This document shows positions 22,901-37,900 of a DNA stretch of 58,494 nucleotides, one piece after another. The position numbers were made by a program, and so were the translations under genes. This DNA is from Gammaproteobacteria bacterium (GTDB lineage: Bacteria; Pseudomonadota; Gammaproteobacteria; GCA-001735895). The DNA lies in assembly GCA_050298595.1 (NCBI GenBank), contig JBNKUM010000027.1, positions 1 to 58,494 on the forward strand, given 5' to 3'. The notes under the pieces were generated by a model, which worked only from the letters and a program-made list of their open reading frames with translations, made no database searches and was not told where the DNA came from. Positions within the stretch are counted from its first letter, which is position 1; every line of letters starts with the position of its first letter.

Positions 22901-25900
22901 TTTCATTGTGACTGGTCCCTCTGGACAGATACTGGATGCTTCAGTAGAGATTGTTAATAATGATGCCATTGTGACTTTATCCTCTATGGCAGTGGATTCA
23001 CTGGCTGTTGGGGACAGGGTGAATTTTGCAATTAGCGCTGGGGTGCAGGCGGTTAAACATGTCAACAGTACAGAGCATTTAGTGCTTTATGAGCTGGCGC
23101 AAGACCAGAATTATGAGTTTATCTACCGTGGAAATCTTGCAGAGAAGGTAGCCATTAACTCCATCGTCCCAAGGCGTATAGCGGCGGGACAGAGTAGCGA
23201 AGTGACTCTATCTGTCTTTGGTGCGCCAGTGGATACCACTCGTATCAGAGTGTTTATCGATGATAAGGAAGCCGTGGTTATCTCATCCATTTCAAGTGAT
23301 GCAGAAGAACGCACAGCTATAGTGACAGCATCTGCACCCTTACTTGCAGCCGGCGGACAATATGATGTAACGGTTGAGATTGAAAAAGGGGGCATCTGGG
23401 AACAGGCAACCCTGTATGGTGGAATAAGCGTCGACCTGCCGATTAGTTTTGATCATATTAGTCCACTGTGGGGTCCTGTTAACGGTGGCACCACGGTTTA
23501 TATATCAGGTCAGGGTTTTGAACCGGGTAATACGGTTATCGATGGTATCAAGGTTAAAATTGGATCATTACCAGCAACTCAGGTTACTGTTCTATCAACC
23601 ACTCAATTGCAGATAAAAACCCCACGTGGTATTCCAGGTAAAACCAATGTGTATGGCGAAGATCGCTATCGAAATATTACTCAGCTTAATGGTGATGAAG
23701 GTTTTGGATATGGGCTGAAATTGCTCTCCGCAGTTCACCCCAGTCTGGTGTCTCCAACGGACGTCTGGGTTGATAGGGAAACCGGTGTTGCAATTACCAA
23801 CGGCGGTAATTTGTATCAAGGTAAAGAAGATGTAGAGGTAGCAGGTGTTATATTTCCAGACAGTACACGTGCAGCAAGTTTTGATATTCAGGATAGATTC
23901 TCTCCTTTACTGGTAGGAGGTGAATCTGCTTTACCTTCTGGGTCAGAGGGCCAGAGTAAAATGATATCTAAAGCAACTGCTTTAGCGATTGCTGGTAAAT
24001 ATGTATTGTCTGATGCATCCCCGACTGATGAAGAACAACTACTTCTGGATAAAGCCAAAGCCATTGATTTTGAAACGGCTATAGATTCGGTGCGTATTTT
24101 TCCTACCAGAGAGCTTGAAGAGAATGTCTGGCGCAAGCGTTTATATGTGGCTTCTGGTAAGGGTGGTGTAGCACGTCTTAATCTGGATGAGCAAAACGGC
24201 TTACAGTTTATCGGTGATATATTATCTGGTGGAAATCATATTACCGACCTGGCCAAGCAGGGACACTCTCTTTTTGCTGTGCATAATACGGGATCCACGT
24301 CTGATGGCTCACCTGATGTCTGTACTCCTGTCCAGACGAAGGGTGAAGCAGGGGCTGTGAGTGTGGTCAATTATAGTGATCCTTTCGATCCAGTTCTAAT
24401 GGGACAGATTACTGATCTTGCCGGTGGTAGTACGTTGGCTCTTGAAGGCGACTGGCTGTATACAGGTGGAGAACATGACAGCATCCATTGGTTGGGCCCA
24501 TGTCCGGCTACCTATGCTGGTGCTTTGACAACCCGTAATCCTGATGATAGGGCTCAAACAACGCTAACTGGTATTAATTTGCTGGATACCAGTTTAATAC
24601 GTCAATATCCTTTTACCGGTAATGTTCTTGATGTGAAGTCATACGGTGATTATCTGATTGTTGCTTTAGGCAGCCAGGGTGTTGACATCATCAATGCAGA
24701 CAGGCCCGAACAAAGAGTCAATATACCGCTGGATAGTAATTTACAGGCTTCCGCTGGTCGTGCTGTTGAGTTACGGCTGTTTGGCTCTACGCTGTTTATT
24801 GCTGCCGATAGAGGCGTAGTCGTTGTTGATATATCTGAGCCATTGAATCCTTATATCGTGTCAGCAGGAAACACTGAGTCCATTAATTCGAGTGAAATAT
24901 TCCTTGATAGACTAGTTGCAGGAGGAGGTACCGCAGGGATCGAATTATTTGAGTTACCTGCTGCGCTAGTGGTGGATTCTTCAATTGCCGAAGGCGAACT
25001 GCTGAGTCTTTCTAGTGATGAGAAATACTGGGTAGAATTTAATGAACTGGTTACTGTGGAATCCATACAGCTTGCTGATGCTGTAACTCTGGTCCAGATT
25101 GACCCGTCTACGGGCGAAGAAACGGTAATTCCGGTAACTGTTGAACCGGTACTCAGTGGCGAACTGGTTGATGCCGCATTCCGCTTTAATTTTGTATTTG
25201 ACCGTGTTGCTTCAGCTTTATACAAATTTAGAATTAATGATGTCAGGAATACACGGGGAATGGGACTCTGGTCACCTTTTGTTCAGCATTTCTCAACGAC
25301 TTCCAGTTTTCAAACCAGGGCACGTGTTGATCAAATTACTGGCAGTAACTTTCACCTGAAAGACCAGCCTGCTATAACCATTAAAGGTGCTGGTTTTACA
25401 GCTCAGAGCGAAGTTTATATCGGCCGTTACCTGATGCCATCGGTAACGTTTGTGGATGAAAACACATTGGTCATTGCTGAAAATGCCACCATGCTTTTAC
25501 CATTAACACCCGGCCAGCATCACTTGCGGGTGAAAAACGGAGAGCTAGTAGCCCACTACTATGGTGCGTTTGTTATTGGGGCTGAGTTGACGGATTCAGC
25601 TATAGATGGTTTTGTCATACAGCCAGATTCTGGTCTTAAAGATGGCGGGACTTTAGTTGAAATTAGTGCAGCACAGGAATGGATATTACCCGGCTCAAAA
25701 ATCGTTCTGACTGCACACAATAGTGCCAACATTATTTATACAGGAATCAATGATCCAGGGTTACCTGAAGGTGAGCAGACGATAAATCTACATGATAATG
25801 TAGTCGACCTGAAAAAATTCGAATTCATATTGCCAGGTGTTATCGATCCTGATCTATATAGCTTGAGTTTGCGTGTTCCTTACGGTTCGACAACAAAGGA

Positions 25901-28900
25901 TATTGTATTAGGTGATTTCTCCTACCTGCTAGCTCAGGGCAGGGCTATCGATTTACCCAACTATCCGCCCATGCAGATTGGGGCAAGCCTGGTGGATGAA
26001 AACAAGCTGTTTATCGGTGTTAAGGCTGGAAGTAAACCTTCTCCATATAATCGATTTTTAATGCAGGCAGGCCTGGAAATATATGATATGTCTATCTGGG
26101 ATCGTCCGATACGTTTATCACAGATACCCACAAAAGGACCGGTAACAGGTCTTGCCCTGGCCGACAGTATTCTCTATATGGCTGCTGGAAATGAAGGTTT
26201 ACTGTCTGTCAATGTGACAGATTTGCAAAATCCGCTACAGGTAAGTCAATCGGCTACGCCTGGACACAGGGCTATGGATGTCGATATTAACCACGTGGAT
26301 CGTATACTTGCCCTGGCTGCAGCCAGCGATCTAGGCACGGGATATATCCGCTTCTTTGATATTCAAAGTGAATCACTTGGGCCGGTTAATGGTTTTGACA
26401 CGATTGCTCTGGATGGCTCTATTAATGCAGACCTTGTTGGCATGCCAATAGATATTCAATGGCAGGATGGGAAGTTGTATGTTCTTGCCAAACAACGTAA
26501 TGACAATACGGCTGAATTGCGCCTGTTTATATTTGAACAGTTTGGTACGAATCCGGTTTATAGCAGTCATACAGTTCAGCGTAGTAATGGGTTAGCAATA
26601 TCTAGTGATGATCTGACAGATTATTCTATGCAACTGCAATATGGCAGAATCAATATCACCACTGGTGATGAGTTGATCGTGCTTGATGACCAGGGTTCTG
26701 GCTATGATCTTGTCTACTGGCGAAAACTGGGCGGCGGCTCAGAGCTGATGCAGTACTACGGCGGAGTTTTCCTGTCAAATGATCAGGGTGCTATTTATAA
26801 CCCCAGTTCTAACCTGATTGTATCCAGTGTATTTCCTGAAACTTCGAGTATGCTCGCAGCAGGCGACCGAGTACGCATTCAGTTTAGTAACTTGATTAAT
26901 ACGGACCAGGCCCATTTACTGGCTAATATTTCTCTACAGGATGATCAAGGCCAGGTGATCACTGCGGGTTATAGTATAGATCCTGTCAATACTCTGGCGG
27001 GTGGTTACATAGATTTCGTATTTGATAGCAGCTTTAATGTAAATGGTGAATTTACCATTAAATTAAACGCCGGGTTGCTGGATATATTCGGCCATAAACT
27101 AGGTGCTGATCACTCATTTGCTTATTCATACATGGCTGGTTTACGTCCACAGATTAATGATATAGGCAAGCTGGTCGATGGTGTCATCCTTGATAGTTAT
27201 TTCTTTCATGCTGATGGTAGCGAGCAACTGATTATTCGTGGCAGTCAGTTTGGAAATATTGCAAGTAATATCCAGATCTCTATTGGTGGCACTTTACTGG
27301 ATAATTCAAACATTACTTCGATTGCCGATGATTCCATCCAGTTGACATTACCCTCATTGGGGTTGGGTAGTATCAGCGTATCACCAGCGATTGAAGTAAA
27401 ACGTGTGGACAGCGGCTTAAGTTATATTCGCTACGGCGCACTGATGATACTGCCACAAATTGAAATTGATGATCTGCAGCCACATACAGGTCCTCCTCAG
27501 GGTGGTAACTATATTGATATTTATGGTCGTGGATTCAGTTACAGGACCAGTGTGAAATTTGCAGGTGCCAGAGCTGGTGACCTGCAGGTATTAAGTAGTA
27601 ATCATATTCGGGTACGTGTTCCTTCAGGTAGTTTTGGTACAGCTGCCGTGAGTTTTGAAAACCAGCTTTTCCCTGGGGAGTTGACCTTATCTCCGGTTGA
27701 GTATTTCTACTCAGGTCGTGAAACAGGTTCGGTTAACCTGTCCAATGACAAGTCCAGCCCGGTAGCCGCTATGGCACTAAAAGACCAGCTATTGTATGTA
27801 GTGACAGGTGGTTCATTTGATGTGGTCGAAGAGAGCGGGATAACCCGAACCCGTCTTAGTTCTAATGTAGCTCGACTTGTACTGGCCGATGTCTCTGACC
27901 CTGTTCATCCGGTAGTCCTTGAAAAAGAATTGATAACTGACTCAAAACCTTATCATTTTGATGTCACTGGCGGGCTTTCCCCCGATGGTTTTATTGATAT
28001 ACAGATTGATGACAATAATCTGTTTATTGTCGGTGGTCGTAAACTGTATCACTTTGATATTACATTGCCTGCGGATCCTTTATTACTGCATGACCGTTTA
28101 TTTTCAGGCAGTGTAAATGCCGTAGCAGTTGCGGATGGTCTGGTTTATGTGAGTACCGTGAATGGCGTAGAAATTTTACGCCTGGATGAACAGCGAAATC
28201 TTATTAGTCTACGTAGTATAGATATATCAGGCCTGGGTGGTGTGCCCGGTAAAATGTCACTACAGGACGACAGTTTGTGGATAGCCTTACCGTCTACACG
28301 TAAATTAATACAACTCGAACTGGCTAGCGGCCAATTTAATAAGATTCGTGAAGTAGATACTATTGATGCCGTAGGAGCACCATTTACGCCCGAGGCTATA
28401 CTCCTTAGCGGTGATTTATTAATGGTGAGTAGCGGAGAGCGTGGCACTGTTCAATTGTTTACCATCGATAGTGATAACTCAGCAACCGCTGTGAGCGATC
28501 TAGCGCTAACCTACCTGGTTAGGAATGGCAGCTTGAATGCAGGTGATATGGTTCTTAAAGGACAGACGCTTTATGTTGCTGCAGGTCAGGGAGATGTTCA
28601 GCTGTTTAATATCGCCAACTGGTTAGCTGGAAGTTATTACACCGAACCTGAATTGTCGAATTATCTTTCAGTGACCGGTAACGTGGATAGCCTGGTATTC
28701 AGTCCTGAGGCGTTATATGCCGGCACCGCTTTTATGTATATCAATGGGCAACCTGCTGAAAATCCGATCTCGACAGATGAAACTAGTACAGTATTGGGAG
28801 GAGGTGTAAATACACTGTTGAATGATGGCTTGACTATTGTTGAGCAGCAACCGGCTGCTGCAGGTATTTTACCGGTAGCAGATCCAATTGAAATTCAGTT

Positions 28901-31900
28901 TAACCGTGTGCTTGATTTTAGCCAGATAGCTGAGTCCGGTAGTAGTCTGATTACCTTGACGCTGGATGGGGTACAGGTGAGCGGCTTTGTATCGCAAACG
29001 GTGAATAATATCGGTTCACGACTGGTATTTCGTCCAGTGAATGAGCTGCAGGAAAACAAGCAATATGAAGTAGTAGTGAGCGGGTTAGTTCGCGATTCCC
29101 ATGGCCAGACCTTAACTGATGATTATCACTTTAAATTTATCTCTTCTGCAGGTTTACAACCGCTGATTCGTAATGTTAGCCCACTGTACGGCAGTTGGCG
29201 TGGTGCAACAGAAATAGAAATTCTGGGCGAAGGTTTTACACCTGATACTCAGGTTTCACTGGGCGGCGTCAATGTTTCTGCCGAAGATATCCTGATTCTG
29301 GAACAGCAGCGTATTGTTTTTTCAGCGCCTGCATTATTGGCAACGCCTTCGAATAATCTACCGGTTGGTATCCAGGTGAGTAATGGCAGACTCACAGATT
29401 TCATTGCTGCAGCTCATATATATGTGGCTGATCCACAGATTGAAGCTATCGGTCAATACAACCCTGCTACAGGAAAATTGAATCAGTTTGATCATCAACT
29501 CCTGTTTAATGCGGGTGAAATGATCGGAGTCCGAGGGCGTGGACTTGGAACATCTTCACGGATTCGTATAAATGGGGTCGAAGTGTCCGATGTTGTATTG
29601 CGCAACGAAGACCTGCTAACAGTTAAAGTACCGGTTGATACTATTGGGCAGCTGACCTTTGAGTTAAGTAATGACGGGTTTGTACAGGATACCTATCTGA
29701 ATAAACAACTTGAGGTGTTTTTTGATGCCCAGTTAAGGTTGAATGATGCAGGTATCGTACAACGCCATAATGACTTAATGGCGGTTGCGCATCAGGATGA
29801 GTTGCGTTTATATAGTCTACGTGACAGCGCATCCCCTATATTATTGTCCAAGTTAAAGGCTGATGGAAATATATCAGGGCTGGATTTAAGTGATCGTTTT
29901 CTGGTGTTTAACAGCGGGTCACGCAAAGATATTGATGTATATGACATTGTTAATGTGTATGCGCCTCAACGTATTAATCGTTTTCCTAATGTACATGGAT
30001 ATGACATTAAACAGCTGATTCTTTCGAATGATCACCTGTTTGAGAAACTGAACAATGGTGTTTTATTTGCAAATGTTCATGCAACAGATCTGGATTTTAT
30101 TGATATTCAGCCAGGCGATGATTTAATCGATATTAAAGCAGATAGCAGCGGACTTTATCTGTTATTCCAGGATCGTCTGGAATTACGTGATGTACGCCGT
30201 CCAACACGAGTTATTAACTCTCATGTACATCAGATGACTAATCTGGTTTCTCTGTATCTATCCGAATTAAACGTAATTATTCAAAGTGCTGAAAGTGCGC
30301 AGTTATTAAATAAAACTGCATTTGGCTATTTACAGTCTGATGTGGTTATAGGTCAGCATGAATTCTCTATGAATAATTCAAACCGTTATCTGGTTGTTAA
30401 TGGCGATATGGCTGCATTACTTGAATCAGGCAGGCTGGTGATTCACGATATTGATAAAACCCTGGATAGTATTTCTCTACGTCGTGTAGCCGGTATCAAA
30501 CTGGGTTCCTCAGATGTGAGCCAATTAACCTGGATTTCTTTTTCGGGGCAACTTCTAGAATGGGTATCAGGCGGTCGATATTATAATGTTGAGATACCGT
30601 TAAATAATATCTGGCAGATTCGTCCAGAGTTGATCGGAGAGACTGACTCTGCAATCAGGTTAAGTACAGGTGGAAGTAGTACATCATGGCAACAGGCCAT
30701 ATTAAAACTAACTGAACGGAGTTCGGGGAATGATATTTCTGTTATCACTCAGGTTGAAGGCCCTGATCTGAAAGTAAGTCCCCAGTCACCTTCTTATAGT
30801 ACGGGGGATTATTATGAGATCGCTTTAGTCCAGCAAGCCGAAAGTCCGATAGCTGGTGGATTATTGCATCTAGATATGCCTTTGCATATTGCTGCCAGAC
30901 AAACATTTGATGTATTACCCGTATCTGTTGAGCAGGTTCTACCTCGCACAGTTTCCAGTGCTTTAGATAATATGGATACCGATACCTTCGTAGTTACGGG
31001 ATCTCAGTTAGAACAGGTAAACGAAGTTCGTCTTGGAGCACTAACATTTACAGGTGGACAGTTTGACGTCTCTGCAGATGGACGTTCTCTGTCCTTTAAT
31101 GCCGCATTAACCGATCCGGGGTTGTACAGTCTTGAGTTACGTCAGAACGGTCAGGTGTATACAGTTGCCGCAGCTGTCTCTGTAGTTAATAACATCGTCA
31201 TTAATTCGGTCAGTAGTAACAATGTATTGGGTAGTAACAATATCAGTGACGCTGGTGGTGATTTAGTTAGCATCAGTGGCAGTGGATTTTCAGTTGATAT
31301 GTCAGTGCATTTATATCCCGCTAATCAGGGTATTCAGCCTGCAGACTCTAACCGTGTTCAATTTACCCTGCAAAATAATGAAGTCAGTTTTATAACACCA
31401 CAGACTCTAGCGGGTCAAAGCTATCAGGTCAGCATACTACGTGGTGCTACTGCAGAAACTATAAATACAACTGATACCCAGCTACTGATTTCCATTGATG
31501 ACACCAGGCCCCAGATTTCGTTATTACAGAATCTGGGTTATTCAAAGGCACTGGTTATAGAGGGTAGTGAGAATTTAGCCGTTAATAGTGTTCGTGGCTT
31601 TACAGTCATTAAAAAGTTTAAAGATTATAGTAACCAGGCAGGGCAAAATATTTCTTCACGTTTTGATGATTTGCTCGTATCTGGGGAACATATTTTTCTA
31701 CGTTTATTACCTGGTCAAAGCCTGGAGCACAATGCCTTTTATGAAGTGACAATTAACGGGATAACCGATGCTTCAGGTAATCAACCATATGATGGCAATA
31801 ACATCGTTAATGGTACCCTGAGCTCGATCTTTAAAGCTGATGATCTGCTAGCTCCCAGAGCTGATAGCATACAAATTATTGACCAGTCGAACGCTCAACA

Positions 31901-34900
31901 GTTAAGCGCAGCATCGAGTCTTAAGCAGGGCATGGCATACGAATTTAGAATTATTGCTGAAGATAATTATGTCGAAGCCAATAGACTTAAGTTTGCCTAT
32001 CGTATTTCGGCTGATGGCGGCCTCAACTATTTGAATAACTGGACGAATGTATTACCTAATCAAAGTGAAGAGGCTGTATTCAGAGTTCAACTGGGTGCTC
32101 AGTTCAGTAATAGCCTGACCCTGTTATTACGCGCAGACGATGGTAAGTTCTCGGCACAGCGCCGGCTTGATATATCGTTAGTGGCCCCAAGCATTACTCT
32201 TGGCTCACCGGGTTTTGTGACCAGTCCTGATTTTATCGAAGAATTAACTGATGTTGATCTTACGTTTAACTTGACAGGCGATCTGAATTTACTGGAATCG
32301 GCCAGTATCCGTTTGTTTGATAATGGCAGTTATGTACCGGTTACTCTGGATAAGAATAACGGTGAAGTGAGGATGCATTATACCAATCCACGTCTGAGTG
32401 ATCTGGAAGGTTATAGCAGTGGTGCGGTTGATGTTCCGGTGAGTTTACGCGTTGGATACGGTTTACCAGGAAGTTTACAATTTGCCTACTTTAGTGGAAG
32501 TTACCAGTTACACCCGGATAGTACACAGCCGTTACTACAAATTATTTCACCGGAAGATGGATCATATGTCGCTAAAGGCAAAGCGGTAGAATTATTACTG
32601 CGCAGTTATGATCGTTATGGCATCGATAGAGTCGAATTGTGCTTGAATAGTACGAATACAGTTGATGTTTTTTCCGATAATAATGCCTGTCAGATACTTT
32701 CAGATATTTCTCGATTTGAATTTGTGGTTCCTGCCGACAGCAATAGCCCTCAGGTTATTCATGCCAGAGCGCTAGACCTTAATGGTCTATACAGTAATAC
32801 CCAACAGGTTACTTTATATCCATTTGACAGTGGTGATGAACTGGCGCGTATCGATATCATCGAACCTAAGGACGGTGCTCATTATTTTGGTGGAGAAACG
32901 ATTGATCTAAGCCTGTTGCTGGAAAATATTGATACGGTTGATCTCAATGTTGAAATTTCCGCTGACCCCACAAATCCCCAAAATCCATCTGCTTTCAGTA
33001 TTTCGCGTGATTTGGGCGAAGGTAGTATTCTGCGCAGAACTTTAACTCTACCGGATCTTTCCGAGTCAGGAATTGTTGTTATCAGTATTAGCGGTAATCA
33101 GAATGGAGTGAATCTGAAGACTCGACGTTATCTGAATATTGTGGCAGATAACGGTATTACTGAATCTATCTCGGTAACACCAACACCTTTAACTGATGTT
33201 CTTGGCGGCACAGAATTATGGCTTGATCTTGCAGCGCCTGAAGGCATGCTGGACTATAGTGATGCTTCAAGCGTAACCGTCACTGATGATATTAATCAGT
33301 ACCATTACCGTATGGATGAAGGTTCTGTTCGATTACCTGTTGATATGATTGGTTCACAGATAACCGTTGAATCTGTGCTTAGGGACCGTTCGGGTAATAG
33401 CCTGAATGAAACTCAAACTATAAATAAACTTTCCTACTTTAACGCTGACTGGGTGGATGTTTCACAGGCAGCATCGAGTGAGCTTTATTACGAACATCTA
33501 TTAACGGTTCCAGGTCTTGCTGGAGATATAGTTTGGGCTGAAAACAGACTCAACGGTGGTTTTAGAATTCTGGGTAACAACCGTGTTTATGTTGAGCGTG
33601 AATCAGGCGAAATTACGCAGTTAATATTTAGCGGAAATGCAGTAATTGCTGAATATGCTCAGGATGGTGAACTGTCTTATATTAGCTTGCCTCTGATAGC
33701 TGGTGATCTGCAGGTTGCAGATGAACACCCTGTCTCGGGTGAAATAATCGGAGCTAATGGTGATCATCTGTATTTGCAAAATGGGCGAGCTGTTTCCGCT
33801 TTGTCAATAGCATCGGCATTACCTGTCACAGGGCATGTTTTCGATAACGATATCATCGCTACTGCACAGCAAGCACAGCAGCTGTTTGTGCTGTCAAATA
33901 ATATACTTTATGTGCTCGAAATAGTTGAACTTGATACCGGGCCTGTGCTGCAGGTGGTTGCGCAACAGAGTGTGTCTGAAGCAACGGATATCAGCGTAAT
34001 TGGAGATGAGCTATTACTTATAAATAACACCCATGCAACACGTTATCTACTGGCTGATGATGGAACACTTTCTATAGCAGGAAATTCAGCTGAATTAAAA
34101 CTTGCGGGTGCATTTGTTCAGGCAGTTACGGACGGAAATATTGCCTGGTTGCAGTTAAATGATAGTTTAACTGGCCGTTTCTGGCAGGCCTGGCGTGCTG
34201 GTCAGCCTTTGGGACAACTGTCTTCAGATATGCAACTCCAGTTTGCGGTGGGCCATGCTTATAGTATTAATCGTGTAGACCAGGTAAGCCGGGTTTCGAG
34301 CCGAGCTATTGAAGTTGCTGGTGCAAATAGTTCGTTAGCACTGAATGCTTACTCCTTACCGGGTGGACTGCTGCTGGCTGGAGATGCCACTGATGATAGT
34401 TATGGCTTACATACTCTGATTGCGCGTGATGCTAACCATGAATTACTACCTTTAACCTGGATAAAATACCACGGCCAGTATGATAGTTTAATTAGTACCA
34501 ATATTCCTCAGGGTAATAGCTGGTTATTACCCTATGGAAAAGGTTCAGTTGAACTAAGCTGGTCATCGCATGGCAATCCCGTATTGAACCAGGCGGTATT
34601 GACCGACAGTCCGGTTTCACTGGGGCAATGGTCTTCTCCGGCAGAAAACTCATCGCTGGCTACTGGAGCGGTGGTTCCCTCTATTCTTAACTGGGACACC
34701 ACTTCACGAATCAATCAGCTTTCACTTGAAAATCAGGCTGCGATGGTTACTCCGGGTTATGGGTATGGCTGGGCTAAAGTTAACTCTACAGGTACCCAGA
34801 GTTTGACTGCCCAGATAAATGCGGATGTTAATTTGAGTAAGGCGATTACTGCTGTTGAGTTAGTGCAAGGTAAGGGAATTGTAACAGTCAGTGGTGTAGT

Positions 34901-37900
34901 TAATAATGAAATTTTTACCGCCGGTAGTACCCTTTCTTTTGATTATGCTACCCAGCAATTAAGCAGTGATAACTTTAAGCGAGTTGATATTAATCTGCTG
35001 GATTTTAATGCTAATGCCTCATTTATCGAGTTACCTCTGGCTGAAACTGAAGGTCACGTTGAGCTGCGCCTGCCTATGGTGAATGCTCAGGAAAGCTACA
35101 GGCTCAGGGTAAGGGCTTATTTTGGCGATGAATACCACTACGTTGACAATGAAGTGGGTATAAGGATCGCGCCAAATGCCCAGGTCCCTGAACCGGTATT
35201 AAACGGGTTACCCAGAACAATCTTTGCCAATTCAAGACTATCTCTATCTATACAGGGTCTACCTGCTGATAATTTGTATGGCAGCTTACGAGTATTTAAT
35301 CAAAGCGATGAATTGATAGCCGCAGGTAACCATGCGGTTGAGTTAACCGTTCCTGCCAGTGCTACAGAATTAACAGTTGAATTAAGGGTTTATGATGACA
35401 GTAATCATGAACGTGTGAAAAATCGTTCATCGGTTGTCGTACAGCCTTTTAGTTTACAAGCTGCTAACCCTGTCAGTTATGACGTATTTCTGCCAGATGC
35501 AGATGGTTACTGGTATAGCAAGGGACTAGATTTATTTGATCAGACCGGGTTACGCCATACCTTCGAAGGTCCTATTAGCGCGATGACCTATATTGGTCAG
35601 TACCTGTTGCTTGGCCAGGAAGGTTTTGGACTGACACTTGTTGATCCACAGGATAATTTCCGAGTAATTACTCATATACCGTATGCACCGGTTATTGATC
35701 ATCTGGCAGCCAATGGCAGCCAGTTACTGGTTGCAAGTCGACGCGGACTCGAGTTGTTTGACATTCAGGGCAGCGCATTACACCCGAAAACTGAGAATAC
35801 GAATATCACTCAAGTTCTAAAACTGCATGCATGGTCTGAAAGTTTTATCATCCTCACTCCTGATAAAGTGCAGATTATGAATCGCCTGGGTCAGGTGACT
35901 TCCGAAATAACTGGAAGCTATCGTGATATGGCAGTTCTAGCGCATCGCATTGCCCTACTGGATGAGGCGGGTGGGCTGTTTTTACTGAATACCAATCTGG
36001 ATGAGATCGGTAATTTAAGTGGGATTTCCGCAGATCGGTTACTCGCTTTCGGTAGTTATCTTATAGCACCGTCGGTTGAGTCACAGAGTATTCAGCTGAT
36101 CGATATTGCTTCACCGCAAGCGATGCAGCAGGTAGCGAGCTGGCCTCAAAATATCTCATTGTGGCGTAGTGAACCGGTTCTTGCTTCTGGGAAAATCTGG
36201 TTAGGCAATACCAGCGGACAAGTATTTAATCTGGTTTCAGGTTTAAATCAGCAGAGGGTCTATGATTCAGTAACTGCTGGAGATGCTGTATCAGGCTATG
36301 TACGAGATCTTTCTTATCATGACGGTGTTCTGTTTAATGCGGCTGATAACTACGGCACTATGCTCTATCAACCTGATCAGCAGGGTGAGTATGTTTTAAG
36401 CGGATACCCTGCTCAGGGTTTCCAGCAAGCTGCTAAGCGAGTGGTTGCTACTGAATCAGCATTTTTCATTCTTCAACCCGAGCATAGTCGGGTGCGTAAA
36501 GTGATGCGTAACAGTTTGAGTGGCAGTGATGTTTTCAATGGCCTTCAGTATGTTGATCTCTCCTTAGGTTATGATCATATCATCACAGCTGCTGGCGGTA
36601 CCTTGTATACAGCGCGGCTGGATAATCTGAATGAGAAAGGAAGCATTAGCATAAGTAACTCAGAGAGTATTCAGCGTATAGCCGTCGCTGGTTATCTGGT
36701 GATTGCGGTTACTGATTCAGGAAAATCTTACCTTGCTAATTTATTAAATGGATCGGTGTCTGTATTACCCACCTCGGCTATCAATGGGGCTCAAATTGCA
36801 GTTGATAATACCCATCTATATGTTGCTCAAGGAAGTGAGGTTAAGCGCTTTGCACTACTTGACGGAAGTGAAAGCCAGATAACTTTGCAGGATGCACTTA
36901 GTATTACCACTATGTCATTGCACGAGGGTAATCTGTGGCTAGGTGTTAGAGGTACTAGCGGCTTTCATGTTACTGCAGTTGAAGCGGCAACGTTAAGCGA
37001 ACGCTCAGCATTTAATATTGATATCCCTGTTGCGGCCAGTGCTATAACGGGTTATCAGGATCGGTTGTTCATTGGCTTGGGAGCGCAAGGTGTCACAGAA
37101 TATCGCCTGGGCACGGATGTGTTACGTGTGGAAACGGCACTCAATCGTCCACTGATTCATACACAGTTTGCTCAGGATGGAGCAATAACGCTGTTACCTG
37201 CTCAGACTGAAAATATTGCTGCGATCAGTTATTTCATTAATAACAGGAAAGTGGCAACTACTGCTGAAACACCGTTTATTACCCAATTATTACCACCAGG
37301 CTGGTTACCTAATGGTCAATATTTCGATCTTGAAGCACGTTTCGGATTGTTAAATGGTGAGGTCCTGACATCAACGCCTCAATCCCTGTTCAAGTATTCC
37401 AGTGAAAATGTTGATAATACTTTTACCGTCCAGATGGTAGTGCCTGACCAAAGCTGGGGCCCTAAACCTCTTGAGATACGGGCTATCGTTGACAACAGTA
37501 CTCAGGCTGTCGATCGCGTTGAGTTCCTGTTAGCCGAGCATGCTACAGGGCCATGGCAATTGATCGATATTCACGAAGGCCCCGAGTATGTTGTCAGTAA
37601 AAATTATGGTACTGATAAGAGTGGTTTTTATCTCAGAGCCAGGGCTATCGATGTATTTGGCAATATTGCTGAATCAGCAGCAAAAAAATTCTACCGTTTC
37701 GAAGATCTAATTGCACCCACGGCAAGCTTTGAGCTTAGCGGTGAGGCGGTTGATGCGACTAGTGGCAGGGCAGTTATCGGTGCTCCATACCTGATAAAAA
37801 TCAATATTCAGGATGCTGAAAGTGGTATCGATCAGGCGCTGTTAAAACGCAACGGTATAGCTGTTGCAGCAGCCTTTGAAAATGGTGTTCTTCGCTATGA

